Assembly (NCBI GenBank): GCA_050575255.1
Contig: JBNZDD010013683.1
Span: 4,062,456-4,126,455 of the forward strand
Direction: 5' to 3'
Origin: Harriotta raleighana
Lineage: Eukaryota
DNA: 64,000 nt
Of the stretch, positions 13,139 to 25,406 are shown piece after piece. Numbering within the stretch: the first letter of the stretch is position 1; each line of letters opens with the position of its first letter. The position numbers and the translations under genes are program-made. The notes under the pieces were generated by a model that saw only the letters and a list, made by a program, of their open reading frames with translations, did not search any database and was not told where the DNA came from.

Positions 13139-13395
13139 AATCCCACAGTCCCTCCGCCTCGCCCCCTCCCTGGCCTCCTTCAAGTCTCGNCTCCCAGGCC
13201 TCCTTCAAGTCTCGCCTCAAGACTCTCCTCATTCGATGGACCCATCGAGCAACTCCTAATCCCGACCTTCCCTGCCCACACCCCCCCAACCCCACCCCCA
13301 CCCCGTCCTCAGCTCGGGTCTGAAGCAGTAATTGGGACGTCCTTGGGATGTCTTCCTGATGTGAAAGGCACTATACAAGTGTAATTTTGTTGTTG
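13105..13395 (+). mobile_element. 5'-truncated L2-clade LINE 3' end (ORF2 C-terminus, 3'UTR, (TTG)n tail); partly re-duplicated at N 13190 and N 13464
   Basis: Encodes FSHSAPNLWNSIPQSLRLAPSLASFKSRLKTLL, typical of the L2 ORF2 C-terminus. Followed by a C-rich UTR and ttgggatgtcttcctgatgtgaaaggcactatacaagtgtaattttgttgttg. Confidence 0.88.
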
Positions 13396-14275
13396 TAGAA
13401 CTGGAGCATCACAAATCGCTGCAACATAATCTTCTACTGCCCCAAATTGCCACATTTCCAGAGNCCCCCACAACCCCACCCCCCACCCCGTCCTCAGCTC
13501 GGGTCTGAAGCAGTAATTGGGACGTCCATGGGATGTCTTCCTGATGTGAAAGGCACTATACAAGTGTAATTTTGTTGTTGTAGAACTGGAGCATCACAAA
13601 TCGCTGCAACATAATCTTCTACTGCCCCAAATTGCCACATTTCCAGAGGAGAGATCACTGCACTCGTTGGAACCCATCTTAAACATCGAGAATTGTGCTG
13701 ATTCTTTGAAATGTCTCATACACCAGAGTTGGAGAATAGCTGTCCTCAGCTTTCTTCCTCATTTCAGTCACTATGAGATCTTAAACCGATCAAGAATAAT
13801 ATACTGTAATAGGGGGGCTGAAATTAGTAGGGGGGGCTGATTTGTATTGTATTGTATGAATTTATTCAAATTGATGTCGGAGGAAGTTCTGAGTTGATTG
13901 GATTTAAAACAATTCAATTGCTTTGCTGGTATTGCTGACTCCAAAATCAATAACGTCTGTTTTTTTTTTTGTTTTATGATCAACACGAAATACTGGTGCA
14001 TTTGATTAAAAAGTGCCGTGTGAGATTCCAGAGGTTCATGATGTCAAATCAATACAGTTTTTTTTTCCACTTTGCCTCAAAATCATGAAGAGCGATCCTT
14101 CGTACACGGTCAACAACCAAGTGCAACAGATTGCAATGTCTGGCTTGACTGCGAATTCAGTGGAAACCAGGGAACAGACCCAAGCACCTGAAATTTCCTC
14201 TCCCTGCTCCACTGGTTATGTTTTCGAAGTGAAAACAATGTCAAGTGTGGCGCCTCTAAAGTACAGGGTAAAATA

Positions 14276-14496
14276 CAGGTAGACCTCGCCTCACGTTGCT
14301 TCGGTGTTTCGTTATTTCGTTATTACGTTGCTGATACACAGGGGAACATAGATTCATTTAACATCGCGACGTTCACTATTACTTTGTTCAGGCGGGTGGA
14401 AACAAACTACTTTGGGTAGCGTAGGCGTACATAGATGCTGAACGTGCGGTATTCTTGCACAGGTTCGCTTAATGTAGTTTTCGCGAGGACTAAGTG
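14276..14496. mobile_element. Non-autonomous Tc1/mariner (Tigger/pogo-like) MITE
   Basis: TA|CAGGTAGACCTCGC ... GCGAGGACTAAGTG|TA, with imperfect TIRs and TA flanks. A second, inverted copy is at 33365-33890. Confidence 0.8.
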
Positions 14497-14537
14497 TACT
14501 TTAAGACTTTAAGACGAGAAGAAACAACGTCTATTAC

Positions 14538-14686
14538 CTGTCTCATTATTTGTTGCTGGCGGGTGACCTGGTTTGGACTTATCAGTGTTGTTAAAACTCT
14601 GACTGCGTCGGTTATTTGTACTGGACGTCACACGAGTCTTGGTCTCGCTGCCTGCAGCTGACACTCTCGTTGTGGGACCTGGAAGC
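14538..14686 (-). CDS. NAV2: NAV2 coding exon (exon 6 equivalent)
   Basis: tgtctctag|G CTT CCA GGT CCC...GAG ACA G|gtaata. 149 nt encoding (R)LPGPTTRVSAAGSETKTRVTSSTNNRRSQSFNNTDKSKPGHPPATNNET; the NNRRSQSFNN motif is characteristic of NAV2. Confidence 0.96.
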
Positions 14687-14832
14687 CTAGAGACAAACAA
14701 ATCAAGAGAATAAAATGGAAACACAGAACCCATCTCACACATCTGTGATGGAGACAATGCAACCAGTCTGTCATCAGCTGAAACAGGGTTACCATAGCCA
14801 AAGTATGATATCAATCGTACAGCAATGGTTTT

Positions 14833-14853
14833 CACACACACACACACACACAC
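14833..14853. repeat. (CA)n microsatellite adjoining an about 70-bp N-split duplicate (N at 14917)
   Basis: About 10 CA units; the following segment repeats after the N with SNPs. Confidence 0.85.
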
Positions 14854-16174
14854 AGTCTTGTCAGAGTGGGCTGCCATACAATGCAGAGGATTAAAGCAAC
14901 CACAAACCAATGAGTCNGACACAGACACAGAGTCCTGCCAGAGTGGGCTGCCCTACAATGCAGAGGATTAAAGCAACCACAAACCAATGAGTCAACATGA
15001 AGCCATAAAATAAAAAAATTGAAGAAAACACCTAAGAACAGAGATTGGTGAACAGTGGACAAACCAGCACTCAACACTGTAAATACTGACGATACATAAA
15101 TCTTTCAATATATTAAGACCTGTTAAAAAGCACGGGAGACTGGTTAACATGCCACACACTGTCCTCATTACAGTAAAGCTAAATGAAAAAAGCATCTATG
15201 TCTTGACCTAGAACCCATTCAAATTTCTCAAGTGTGCCAAGACCTCAATGAATTGCCCAGTCAGATTGTCTGAATTTCTACGATTGTGCAGTCTCAGTTG
15301 CCCTTGACTAAGTGCATCAGAGAACCCAGCGTTTTAATGTTCTGCACACTTGTTCTCCATTTACTGTATAAAAACTAATTGAAGTGTGATGAGGCATGCA
15401 ATTCCACATTCCAGGCTTTGAGCAAGTCAATTAATCGATGCCAACGAAAACACTTATCGTTAAGTCTTTGTATTTACTGAAAAAACACACACACACCATA
15501 ACCAAAATCCAGGGGATTACACCTGACCCCAAATCATCTTCCTTTATCAATGCCAAGGGAACATGTCTGTTTTTGAGAGGTTAGAATTTAGGGGAAGAAA
15601 AATCACTCTATGTGCGTGAGTTTGTGAGATCGACACAGCGTGGAACAAGGGCTGCAAATAGATGGGCAGCAGCTGGATATAAAGCCCCTTTTCCAACGGC
15701 TGCACTCAGGATCAGAACTAGTCTTTTGTTGGCTGACATTGCAATCTGTTGCACTCTCTATACGGTGGATCAAGTGCACAGTTAGACTGTCAGGTATGGA
15801 GAAAATTGGCTACTTTCGAATGAGCTACCCTAGGACATGAGATTTTAAACTGATCAGAAGCATTCTTGTTCCCAACTTGTGTCATTTTTAGGTCAAACCA
15901 TTTATTTATTTTTTACACAAGAAAAAGCTTTTGAATCAAGGAGGGGATTTTCAAACAAATTTGTTTTGATAAAGGGTTGAATATTCTTGAAACTGTCCCA
16001 AATGATCTTCAGTGGAAAATTATACTGGTATTACTTCTCAAAGGCCAAATCCAATTTCTGTTGTTCATCTACAATACAGGTAATGCACATTTCCACCAGG
16101 GGTCACTAGATAGCAGAAGAATACTAAGTCGGGGAGTTGATTTTTCCCTTACTAGGTCACAAAAGAAGGACAGG

Positions 16175-16390
16175 TGACAAAAGGCCCTTCAGCCCATTTT
16201 ATCTCATTCTTCCAGATTACTCCCTGCGATCTGGCTACTTTTTGAACGAGTCCGATGTTCCGAACCTCAATCAGCCTTCCTGGTAATCCATTCCAATCGC
16301 TATATTACCTTCTGGTGTCTGTCCTTAAATCGCCCTTTGAAATCCTAACCCCGTCTTTCGTTCTGCTGCCCTGGTGCAACTGAAAGCAAG
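16175..16390 (-). mobile_element. Old CR1/L3-like LINE 3' relic
   Basis: aaggcccttcagccc...ttcctggtaatccattcca...ttaccttctgg resembles an antisense CR1 3' end; a similar relic is at about 41640-41775. Confidence 0.45.
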
Positions 16391-17266
16391 TCTGAGCACT
16401 GAGTGTAATTGTACTGTGGTATCCCTTGTGGGGCTCCAGTTGAGATCAATTAATTCAAGCCCAGACTGTGATAAAACCTGGAACATTCCCAGTTTGGATG
16501 GCTCAGCTACACTAACTCAATAAACTAACTTGGGAGGGGAGACTGTTAAAAAAAAGTTATTAATTGCTTGAAGTACTTAATGTTGTTTGGCGATGGCAAA
16601 ACGTTTCTTTCAACGATATGACATGTGCGAAGTGAATTTGGGGTTATCATAAAATAGAAACACAAAGCTGATGTTTTCCTTAGCTCAAGGTCATGGAACA
16701 TGTTATTCTCTGCACTAAAACCTTCCTTTTCACTCAAAGAATTACACATGTTAATGACCCAAAGCCTCTCGGTTGCACGGATCCCAGGCGAAGATTGATA
16801 TCAATACTGTTCAATTGTTTTACAAATCAAGTTGTGGCAGTAGCATTAAAAATTATTGTTAAACAGAAATATGCACGAACGTTTAATTAGTAATACAGTA
16901 TTTGCAAAGCAGATCAGCAACTCCAGATGGGTTTTTGAAAGGAAAAAAATGTTTATTACAGGCAGGTTATGCTTGGCTCAATTTGACATGTTAAATGTAG
17001 GATTGGATTTGGATGGTTGGATTTGACATGTTAAATGTAGTTCGAGGCACTTTCTTTCTAAAAAAAAAAGGGTTTATATAAAATAAATTGGAAAGTCTAT
17101 AACTGTTAATAGGAACAGGCAAGGACTGCGGTTAAGACAAACTTGCAGCTTTGGTCCCTTTAAAAGGTCTGGCCATGCTTTTAGTCATACTCATGTCCTC
17201 AAATATAAAGAGAGGGAATGGGGAGGGTGCGGGGGGGAAGGGCAAAAACAAGGAACGCCAGCTAAC

Positions 17267-17329
17267 CTAGAACTCTTTTTCTGAGTGGGTGCAATTCTTG
17301 TGCTTGGGGATGATAACCTGGATGATACA
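17267..17329 (-). CDS. NAV2: NAV2 probable alternative (cassette) exon, 63 nt, phase 2-2
   Basis: Long pyrimidine tract ...ctcttcttttctgtcatacag|T GTA TCA TCC AGG...AAG AGT TCT AG|gttagc. Encodes (S)VSSRLSSPSTRIAPTQKKSS(R). Same position and similar ending (QKKxSR) as the alternatively spliced insert I recall between EMQS and RLPGPT in mammalian NAV2. Confidence 0.85.
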   Translation of the reverse strand, partial: CIIQVIIPKHKNCTHSEKEF

Positions 17330-19475
17330 CTGTATGACAGAAAAGAAGAGAGGAAGAAATGAGCATGAGTTAAAAGGAAGGAGCATCAGAGAAAAAGACT
17401 ACAGCAGACAGCATGCAACATGGAATGCCAAAGGGCTTTCGAACCTGAAAAATTCCAATCTCCCCTGAACGCTAGCTACATTGCGTCACAAATGAATGTT
17501 GCTGTACAGACCAGACTGCCACGACACATTCAGAACTTGTTATTTATTTTGCCATGCGAACAATTTAAATACCGCGGTGGTTTGGGGATCTCCGATTGAT
17601 TCCGTCTGAAATTACTTGAACCCCACAGTGAGCTCCACAACGCGAGGGCCAATCCCATCAATTCCTATGCCAAATAGGTATACCTAAGCCCAAGTCAAAC
17701 CTTGTTTATGCCCATGCCAATTCAGACACATGTGAAATGAAGTTGGTGGGAAATTGAAAAGCGAAACCCCACTTTATAAACTTCAAAGGAATAATCCTAT
17801 TATTAGCTGTCTTCAGTACTTTAATCATGTTTCAGTAAAAGTATGCAAAAAGTTCATAAAACTCATTGGGACTGTTGAAAACAAGATTCTTATCCATGCA
17901 TCGTGCTATATTCTATATAATTCAAACATTTTATCCCCTCCGCACTGAAAAGGGAAGGTGCCAAGTGCAAGAAGTCAGAGGCAAAATCACCATCAGACCA
18001 TTCTCGTACCCCTTCTGGTGGATTATCAGAGAGAACTAACATAACAGAGATCACTGGCTGTTAATTTTAACTCCATTTGGGGCACAGAACCCACTCAACA
18101 AGGGGAAGAAGAAAGCAAGTGTAATATATTAGAGGGGAGGTCAGTCAGTGCCTTAAACGCTCCACAAAGCAGTGCAATGCTGAACAATGCAGACTCTGAC
18201 AATTCCAGGTTTGATCCTTTGGGCTGCTTCGGCAGATTTCAACCAAGGCAGAGGAAGGCAGCAGCACTCTGCAGTCAGAATCAACCACAACTCTCATTCC
18301 TTCCAGCTGTTGAATTGATCCTGTCTGATGTGTTTTTCAACTGTTAATGTCACTAATGTCTTCTTCCCTTCGTCACTGGGAGGGCTGCCAGTAGACGAGG
18401 AACTGTTCCCCCACAACACTCGGTGCTTTGAGAAGCAAAACACCTAGGGAAAATCAATCTCTTGTGCTCAATGGCTAATTAATGTACATAACATGGTACA
18501 GTATGATCTCTGAGCCAGGAAGACTCCCAACTTGGGAGACGTGATTCATGCTGTGTGTGCCTGCGTTCGGAAAAGCAGGAAAACTCGTACCGATTTAAAA
18601 AAAAACATCAATCTGCTTCCTCTTTGTAGCAAGACACTGTGCATGATTCAGTTACGAATCTCGCAGCGAAATAATACAACACAGATGCTGGTAATCGACT
18701 GTGACCAAAGTGGATGAAATTGACAGAATTCCATAGTGTTCACAGCCTGGTTTGAGCACAATATTAACCCTTGTTTTCAACAATCATAAGTATCTGTTGG
18801 AAGGAGCATTGAGACATGCGGCAAAGATTTAAATTCTTATAAAGTGATATCTGGATGGAAACATAACCTCAAATCTCAATTAAAAATAATCCGGAGCACA
18901 GCACTTTGCCAAAAAGTGAACAAGCAAAAAAAAACTTTCAGCAACTTAGCTCTATTAATTGTTGCTATTTTTGTTCCATTTAAAATAATTAGGGGGGAAA
19001 ATAAACAACTGTTTAAATCCGTTAAGCAATCCTCGCGTCACCTTTGGAATATTCAAGAAAGGCGAATCCCACCAAATGCTAAATTCGGATTCTTGCATTT
19101 GCACAAAGAATGGACGTTTTTAAATGCAGAATGGACAGAAGTCTAATTTTTAAAACATTTTTTTTTAAAAAAAGGCAGTTTATTACTGAAAAAGAGATTG
19201 CAAAAGATAAAAGTTACCGGCAGACTGTCGAACCGTTCGCCACTCGGCTGTTTCGGAATTGGGAAAACCAAAGCGATTACCTCACCTTTATCCAACAGCA
19301 AGGCGAGGTTGTCACAACATCTCGGCAACAACAGTATTACCTCCGACATTTCCCATGAGCAAGACGTTCAAAGTTGCTTAATAATGAATTGTTTTGGGGG
19401 GAAAAAAAACACGAGTGATAGAATTGATTCAATTGGAAATATATTGTATCATAGAAGCGTAAAATCTGAGCAAAC

Positions 19476-19740
19476 CTGGACTGCATTTCCAGTTGTGCTT
19501 TTTGCTGTTGACACTGTTGTTGTTGCACCTGGGAAAGGGGCTGGGCGCCGGCTGCGACTTGGACTTGCTGCTGAAGGCCGAGCTGATACTGAGAGGGGTG
19601 ATGCTGGAGCCCCTGTTGCTGAAACACGACTGAAGACTGTTGTTGCTGCTGTTGCTTTTGTGTTTGTTGCTGCTGCTGTTTGTACCGGGACAGACTGAAG
19701 AACAGACCCAGAATGGCCTTCAAATTCCCATTCCTGATTT
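19476..19740 (-). CDS. NAV2: NAV2 coding exon (exon 5 equivalent), end of CH domain plus Q-rich linker
   Basis: ttttcag|AA ATC AGG AAT GGG...CAG TCC AG|gtttgc. 265 nt encoding (E)IRNGNLKAILGLFFSLSRYKQQQQQ...KAQLEMQS(R); overlaps track ORF 19337..19723. Confidence 0.96.
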
Positions 19741-20878
19741 CTGAAAATGATCAAAGATTGAATAATAATTCGCTGGAAGGTCACACAGCACAGGATCAAC
19801 TTCCTCTTTTTTTGGCGGTAAAATACTTTTCAAGGGATGAAACGGCTTTGGCAGCCCACGTGATTTATGTCTTTTATCTCTACTCCGTAAACAAATGTGC
19901 TCCAAAACTACAATAATCTTTTGAAGAGCTCAGTTTTCTTGGGAGTTCCACACAGAGCACATTTTCCTTTTAGAAAAAAACAAATAAAAAACAACTAGAT
20001 CTGTTGCTTTCACTATGAACCGAACCAAAATAAACACAAGAACATTTGGTGGTAGCGTTCGCTGACTAAACGGTCACATTTTTTAAAATACAATTATGTT
20101 ACTACTGTCAGGAAGCATTTATTTTGTCTTAAAAGGGCTCCCATCATTTAAATGGTTTGACAGACCGTTAAGTGGAGCTAATTTAGTCTACATTCATGTT
20201 GTTTGTATTGACTTCCTTCCATAACAAGGTGTCCAAATGTAAAGTCAAGTCAATCACACATCTGAACATCAGGTAACTCAGATTCGAGCCTGTCATTCCT
20301 GGTGTGTGAAGCAGGGATGGACATCACTCCTATCAGGAGCACTAATCATTCCCATTTAAATTGAATTGCTGCCTCAGTTTTAGCAGATTGGCCTGATTGA
20401 AACCTACCCACTATAACCAGATGTATCAATTGAATGAGTTCATACAGAAGATGTTGTGCAGATGTTGCAAACCACAATCAGTTAAACCAGTGGAAAGCCA
20501 CAAAGCAAAGTCACTGAATAATGTAGGTTGACAACAAAATCCAATCAAAAAGTAATGTTTAGCTATGCTGCATTCTCCACAAGGGGAAACAAAATGCTAA
20601 CTCAGTTTCCTTAAAAGATTCCAAAAGTTCCATCGTGAAATCTGAAAAAACAAACTCCCGAATATGTGGCTACTCAATTGAAATAAATGTAAGATTTTTC
20701 ATAGTCCCGCATCATTTACATTTTCAGATTAAGGTTATGTAGCTAAAACGATAAGAAAATTAGGGACTCTTAAAGAGTCCTTATTAATTCTGGTATTCAA
20801 TGTAGACTAAATGGCTGTGAATATTTGAACTCTAGAGTGAAGACCGATAGATATACTGTATGATCTTCACTCTAGAGT

Positions 20879-20921
20879 TATATATATATATGTATGTGTG
20901 TATATATATATATATATATAT
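20879..20921. repeat. (TA)n/(TG)n compound microsatellite
   Basis: tatatatatatgtatgtgtgtatatatatatatatatata. Confidence 0.9.
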
Positions 20922-22451
20922 TTGCCTAACCAAGAGATTTGTCTCAAGTGACTATCTGTTTGCTCCACTATTAAAATCCAAGGTTTTCCTTCATGCCTGT
21001 ATATCAAATATGTTGAAATTAAAACTAAAAAGGCAAGTTACAAATACTATACCAGGAATTAAATAGTGACAGAGTCAACCCATTTCCACTCTTTTGGTGA
21101 ATTAATCAAATTAAACCTCAGTGAGTTTTCTATTCACAATAAATCAGTACATAATACATTCACTCCCCCAAAAAATATCTGGAGGAGGCTGTGAGAGACA
21201 ATGGTTTGTTGAAGGACAACATTCATATCAATAGCTTCCACAAGCCTCAAGGGTGTGAGTATTCATGTTTAATGCCTCTCCTAATCTTCTTTAATTGTTT
21301 TCAAGTTGAATGCGAAATGTGGATTTGCAGGATGCTCTCTCGCTCTAGGCAAAGCAATTACCAAACCACCAGAAAGTAGTCGCAATTCACACCTGAGGGA
21401 CAATCTTAAGAGTGGTTTTAGTTTGAACAATGGCTAAACAGCCAGCGAGATGAGAGTTGATCCTCGTGGTAGGAAGGATTTGGGATTGAGGGGTGGGGGC
21501 GGGGATGTTAAAGATGATCCATTGGGTGCCAAGGGAGCCTGTTAAGACGTCTTCCCAACGTAATGTAAGTTTGTTGTTAAGGAAAGAGGACATATAAAAT
21601 TTTGAGAGGTACAGGAGCAAATGAGCTCTGGGTGATACTGCTTGCTGATGGTGGAGTTGGCATAGACGTTTTATAGAAGTGCCACGAAAAATCATGGGAT
21701 AAACTGGCCAGAAGATGCAGAGGATCAGACACATACCACGCACTGTTCCTAACTAATTCACGAATGAACAGACATATTCTGCAAACAAACACTAAAGCCA
21801 CTCGGACTCAGACACATTCCAAGGCTGCCATTAAACCAGGGATTAGACACACAGTCACCACTGGCAAATTGGGGGGACACATTTCAGTCACCAGCTGGGG
21901 GAATCAGGGATTAAATGGATTCTCCTTCTTCTAGTGATCTGACCACTATTGGCAGTCACCAAAGGGAGGTCAGGATCAAATTATAGGAATAACATTGATA
22001 TTAAAATAGTTCTGCTCTGAAAGGGTCCATCCACTCACTTATTGGGAGGTGGGTCAGCATATTCTTAGCCTTCTTTCGGGGAGGGAACAGCGCATTCAAA
22101 ACTACATCATAATAATTCTTGTTCAGCATATAAGTGGCATAAGATGAGAAAAAGCCACTAAATTCATCAGCCCAGAATCCACCTGGCAATGTTGTGGAGT
22201 CTCCCTAAATTTCAGAAAAAGAATATATTTGCTTCTGCAATTTTGTATTCTACATCAAATGGTCACCGATGTTCCTCCAAAGTGAACTGAAAGTGGCTTT
22301 ACGGACAGGACTAAACAAACCATCAATGTTCCAGTCATAAGGACTTCTGCGACTAAAAATTTTTTCTCTTTGTATCCTCTATCAAACTCATTCACTGAGG
22401 AACTCTTAACGATTGAAATTAGATTTTGAAACCAGAGCGAGATCCATTACA

Positions 22452-22506
22452 ATGCAATATACATTTATATAGTGCCTTCACGTCGGGAGGTCATCTCAAA
22501 GCACTT
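22452..22506 (-). mobile_element. L2/SINE 3' tail fragment 60 nt from the exon 4 donor
   Basis: Reverse complement aagtgctttgagatgacctcccgacgtgaaggcactatataaatgtatattg. Confidence 0.65.
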
Positions 22507-22566
22507 GCATCGGTCTTTATTGGGTCGACCCGATCTGACACCACATTATATACGGCTGGTTCTTAC

Positions 22567-22639
22567 CTTCTGAAGAGAGGCCCTGTATATTCACTCCCTT
22601 TGCAGCCAAGAAACTCAGGCACGCATCAATATTTTCAAT
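22567..22639 (-). CDS. NAV2: NAV2 coding exon (exon 4 equivalent), CH domain
   Basis: ctgtttag|ATT GAA AAT ATT GAT GCG...TCA GAA G|gtaaga. 73 nt encoding IENIDACLSFLAAKGVNIQGLSSE(E). Confidence 0.97.
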
Positions 22640-23095
22640 CTAAACAGTGGCAAACATACAAAAAAAGAAACACAAGTTTAAATTGCCTGTATCTTGACAA
22701 TACAGTTGGAAGTACGCTGGACAAACAAAACACTACACACAAAAACATAGAGGGCTGAGAACATTCAACAGGTTAGGCAGGTCAACGTTTCTGGCCCATG
22801 ACCCTTTGTCCAACAACAAAACACAACATTATTGTTCTACGTTATCTTTCCTGTGGTTTTCCTCATTCACTGAATGTAGCTCATCCTCCACACACAATCG
22901 TCAAGCAACTATAATGGCTTTAATGGCAGCCAGGACATGATGGATGTTGGGTTGAGCCTGATCACCCACAGGAAACATGGAGTTAATTGAGAAGTATTCG
23001 AGCCATACAGTTAGGAGACATTTTTTTGAAATGGAAGACTGAAGGAGAGGAAACGGATGTAATTTTTAATACAAAACACAGATCACAAATGCTTT

Positions 23096-23163
23096 CAGGG
23101 CCTTGTGACGTCCTCCCTACGTGAAAGGTGCTCCATGAATGTAAATTTTTGTTGTGGTTGTTG
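23096..23163 (+). mobile_element. L2 3' tail fragment
   Basis: ccttgtgacgtcctccctacgtgaaaggtgctccatgaatgtaaatttttgttgtggttg. Confidence 0.7.
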
Positions 23164-25382
23164 ATCATCTTGAATGGCACACGCAAAAGATATTCCTCAT
23201 CAAGAATGTGATGTTGGTGCTAATTCAAGGCATAGTGCCCATCTGTTCACTTGAGCCAAATTCTCAGCCACTTTGAGCGTGGGCTTTCCTGGGAAGTCAG
23301 GCTGTAACACTAAGCCAGTTGGGGCATCTGACACATGCTTAGTCACAACATTCTTTGGATTGCAGAAATGAAGCATTTGAAAAATCTTGTGAAACATCGC
23401 TGGCCTTTAAATGTGTAAAAATAATCATGGGTTAATCACACCACTTTTATACTTTAAGTTAGCTGTGGCATGCTTGTGTTTCATTACTTTACAGGTCCTA
23501 ATTAGGGGCAGAAATAAATTGCAAGCTATCAACAGTTCTTAACTAACGTCTCTTTACTGCAATGCAAGGACAGCATTCTTAACACAGTGTTGTAGTTTCC
23601 AAAGACAACACTCACTCTTATAACTACAATAGACAAAATTCCCAAGTACTGCTCATCACCTGAAGTGAATTTGGCTCAGTTAGAAAAAGTACTTACGTAC
23701 GTACAGACACTGCTTCAAAATGGTGAGAGTGCTCTGTGACACTGAGGTCGAAATTGTTGACTTGTGATGGGACAGTCAAGATTAGATAAACTGGCAGAAA
23801 GCCACGTGCACTACACATTGTGACGAGTGTCCCCCGATTGTCGAATGAAGTTGCATTGACTGTGCTCATACACAAGCCTGCTCTGACTCTCCAGCTTAGG
23901 AAGGCAGAGTGGAGTTAAAGAGAGACAGAGAGAGAAATAAAACATCTGAACATGCTTTCAGTTTGACTTTCCAGAAAATGTTGTGAATCCAGCTTTGGAA
24001 GATTGAAGCAAAACATTTCTTCCTCATTTTAACATGGGGGGGTATTCCAACCAAACTCTAGCTGTACATCCACACTTTCAACCACTGTTAAAATCAAAAT
24101 GAGTATTTTTTTGATTATTTCTTCAAAATCTTAAGCGTTTAAAAACAAATGATTCATTTTGCTTACTAACAGAAAATCTCCACACAGCCAATGGATTCTT
24201 GTTCCGCTTATTCTTTCAAATGCTTCTGTCTTTTTAAAGGGATATGGCAGCGGCGACGTTAAGCGAATATATGTACCATCAAAACAAACACATGACGAGG
24301 CTTCAATTGAATTGTAAACTCTTCCCACCTCACGTGTGTCAATCCAGCATGATTTTAGACTCCCCAAATAAAAATACCGCAGGGTTAAACTTGCATTCTG
24401 GAGTTGAAGCAGTACAGATACTCACCTCCCCTGTAACGTGGTATAACAACATTGAGACACTGGTGTCAATGCAGTATAAACCTGGGCTGGGTGCCAAGAC
24501 CAGTCCGCCTACAATTTGTGCCACTTGTCTCCAGGCAACAAGGCTTGGTAGTAATGCTGACGTAATGTCACCACTGGCTTGTTCCTGTGCACGTGACTGG
24601 AGACTTTTGAAGCAAGCTCCACCCCAGTGTGACCTGACCCATGGCGGTCCTGCAACTCACAGCTCGGCAGAACCCATTCTGTTCCGAGTCGAAATTGGAA
24701 AGTTGTGAAACGCAAGTTTGAAAACACGCAAGGCTGAGGGGAAGGGACGCATTCCACCGTCGCGCTGGGCCCTTGGCTGCCGTTCAAGTGACATTTTAGT
24801 TGCACAACCCTTCGAAGCCCACTTCACATGCCCCACAACATCAAAACGATGTTGATCACGTCAGGGGTATCTTAATAGGTCAAAAAAAAAAACAACCCTG
24901 TGAACTTCCCCAGACATTACGCTGACCACAACCATTTTGCTGTTGTTGATGGGCACGAGAGAGCCACCAAGCCTTTAATAAACAAAACCTTTCAGACTTG
25001 AACTGGTTGACGTGGCTTACTCATGGAGCCGTGACCAGCTACTCTTTACTCTTCTATAAATAGAGTTCTGTTCACGGCTATTTAAATTCAAGTAGGATTA
25101 CAGGATGCCAGGCAAACAGTTGTCCAAACAGCTTTTGTGCTAAATCTGTTTTGTGGCAGGAATAACACTCCTTCACTTTGCTTCGGGCTTCTCAACCATC
25201 CATCCCAAAGAGAAATCACTCACTTTGTAATATGTTCCGGTCGACACACAAACAGGCAACCATCATATACAAGTCTTTGAGGTATTTGCTTTGTGTGCAG
25301 TGCAATGGCCAAAATTCCCAGGAATATTTTTTGGGGTGGGGGGTTTAATAATTATGCAAACTGGCACCTGCTGATTTTTTTG

Positions 25383-25406
25383 CACACACACACACACACA
25401 CACACA
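25383..25406. repeat. (CA)n microsatellite
   Basis: About 12 CA units. Confidence 0.9.

Noticed and set aside
19198-19799. Overlapping ORFs 19198..19698 (+, 166 aa) and 19449..19799 (-, 116 aa) as dual coding
   Set aside because: Shadow frames of the CAG/CAA-rich exon, which naturally lack stops.
19801-19885. AAKAV-like stretch just upstream of exon 5 as exon 4 or a duplicate of it
   Set aside because: The true exon 4 is at 22567-22639. This stretch does not align over its length and lacks a proper donor.
24244-24708. 154-aa plus-strand ORF
   Set aside because: No recognisable domain, non-ATG-dependent length within chance range for this patch, and no partner exons.
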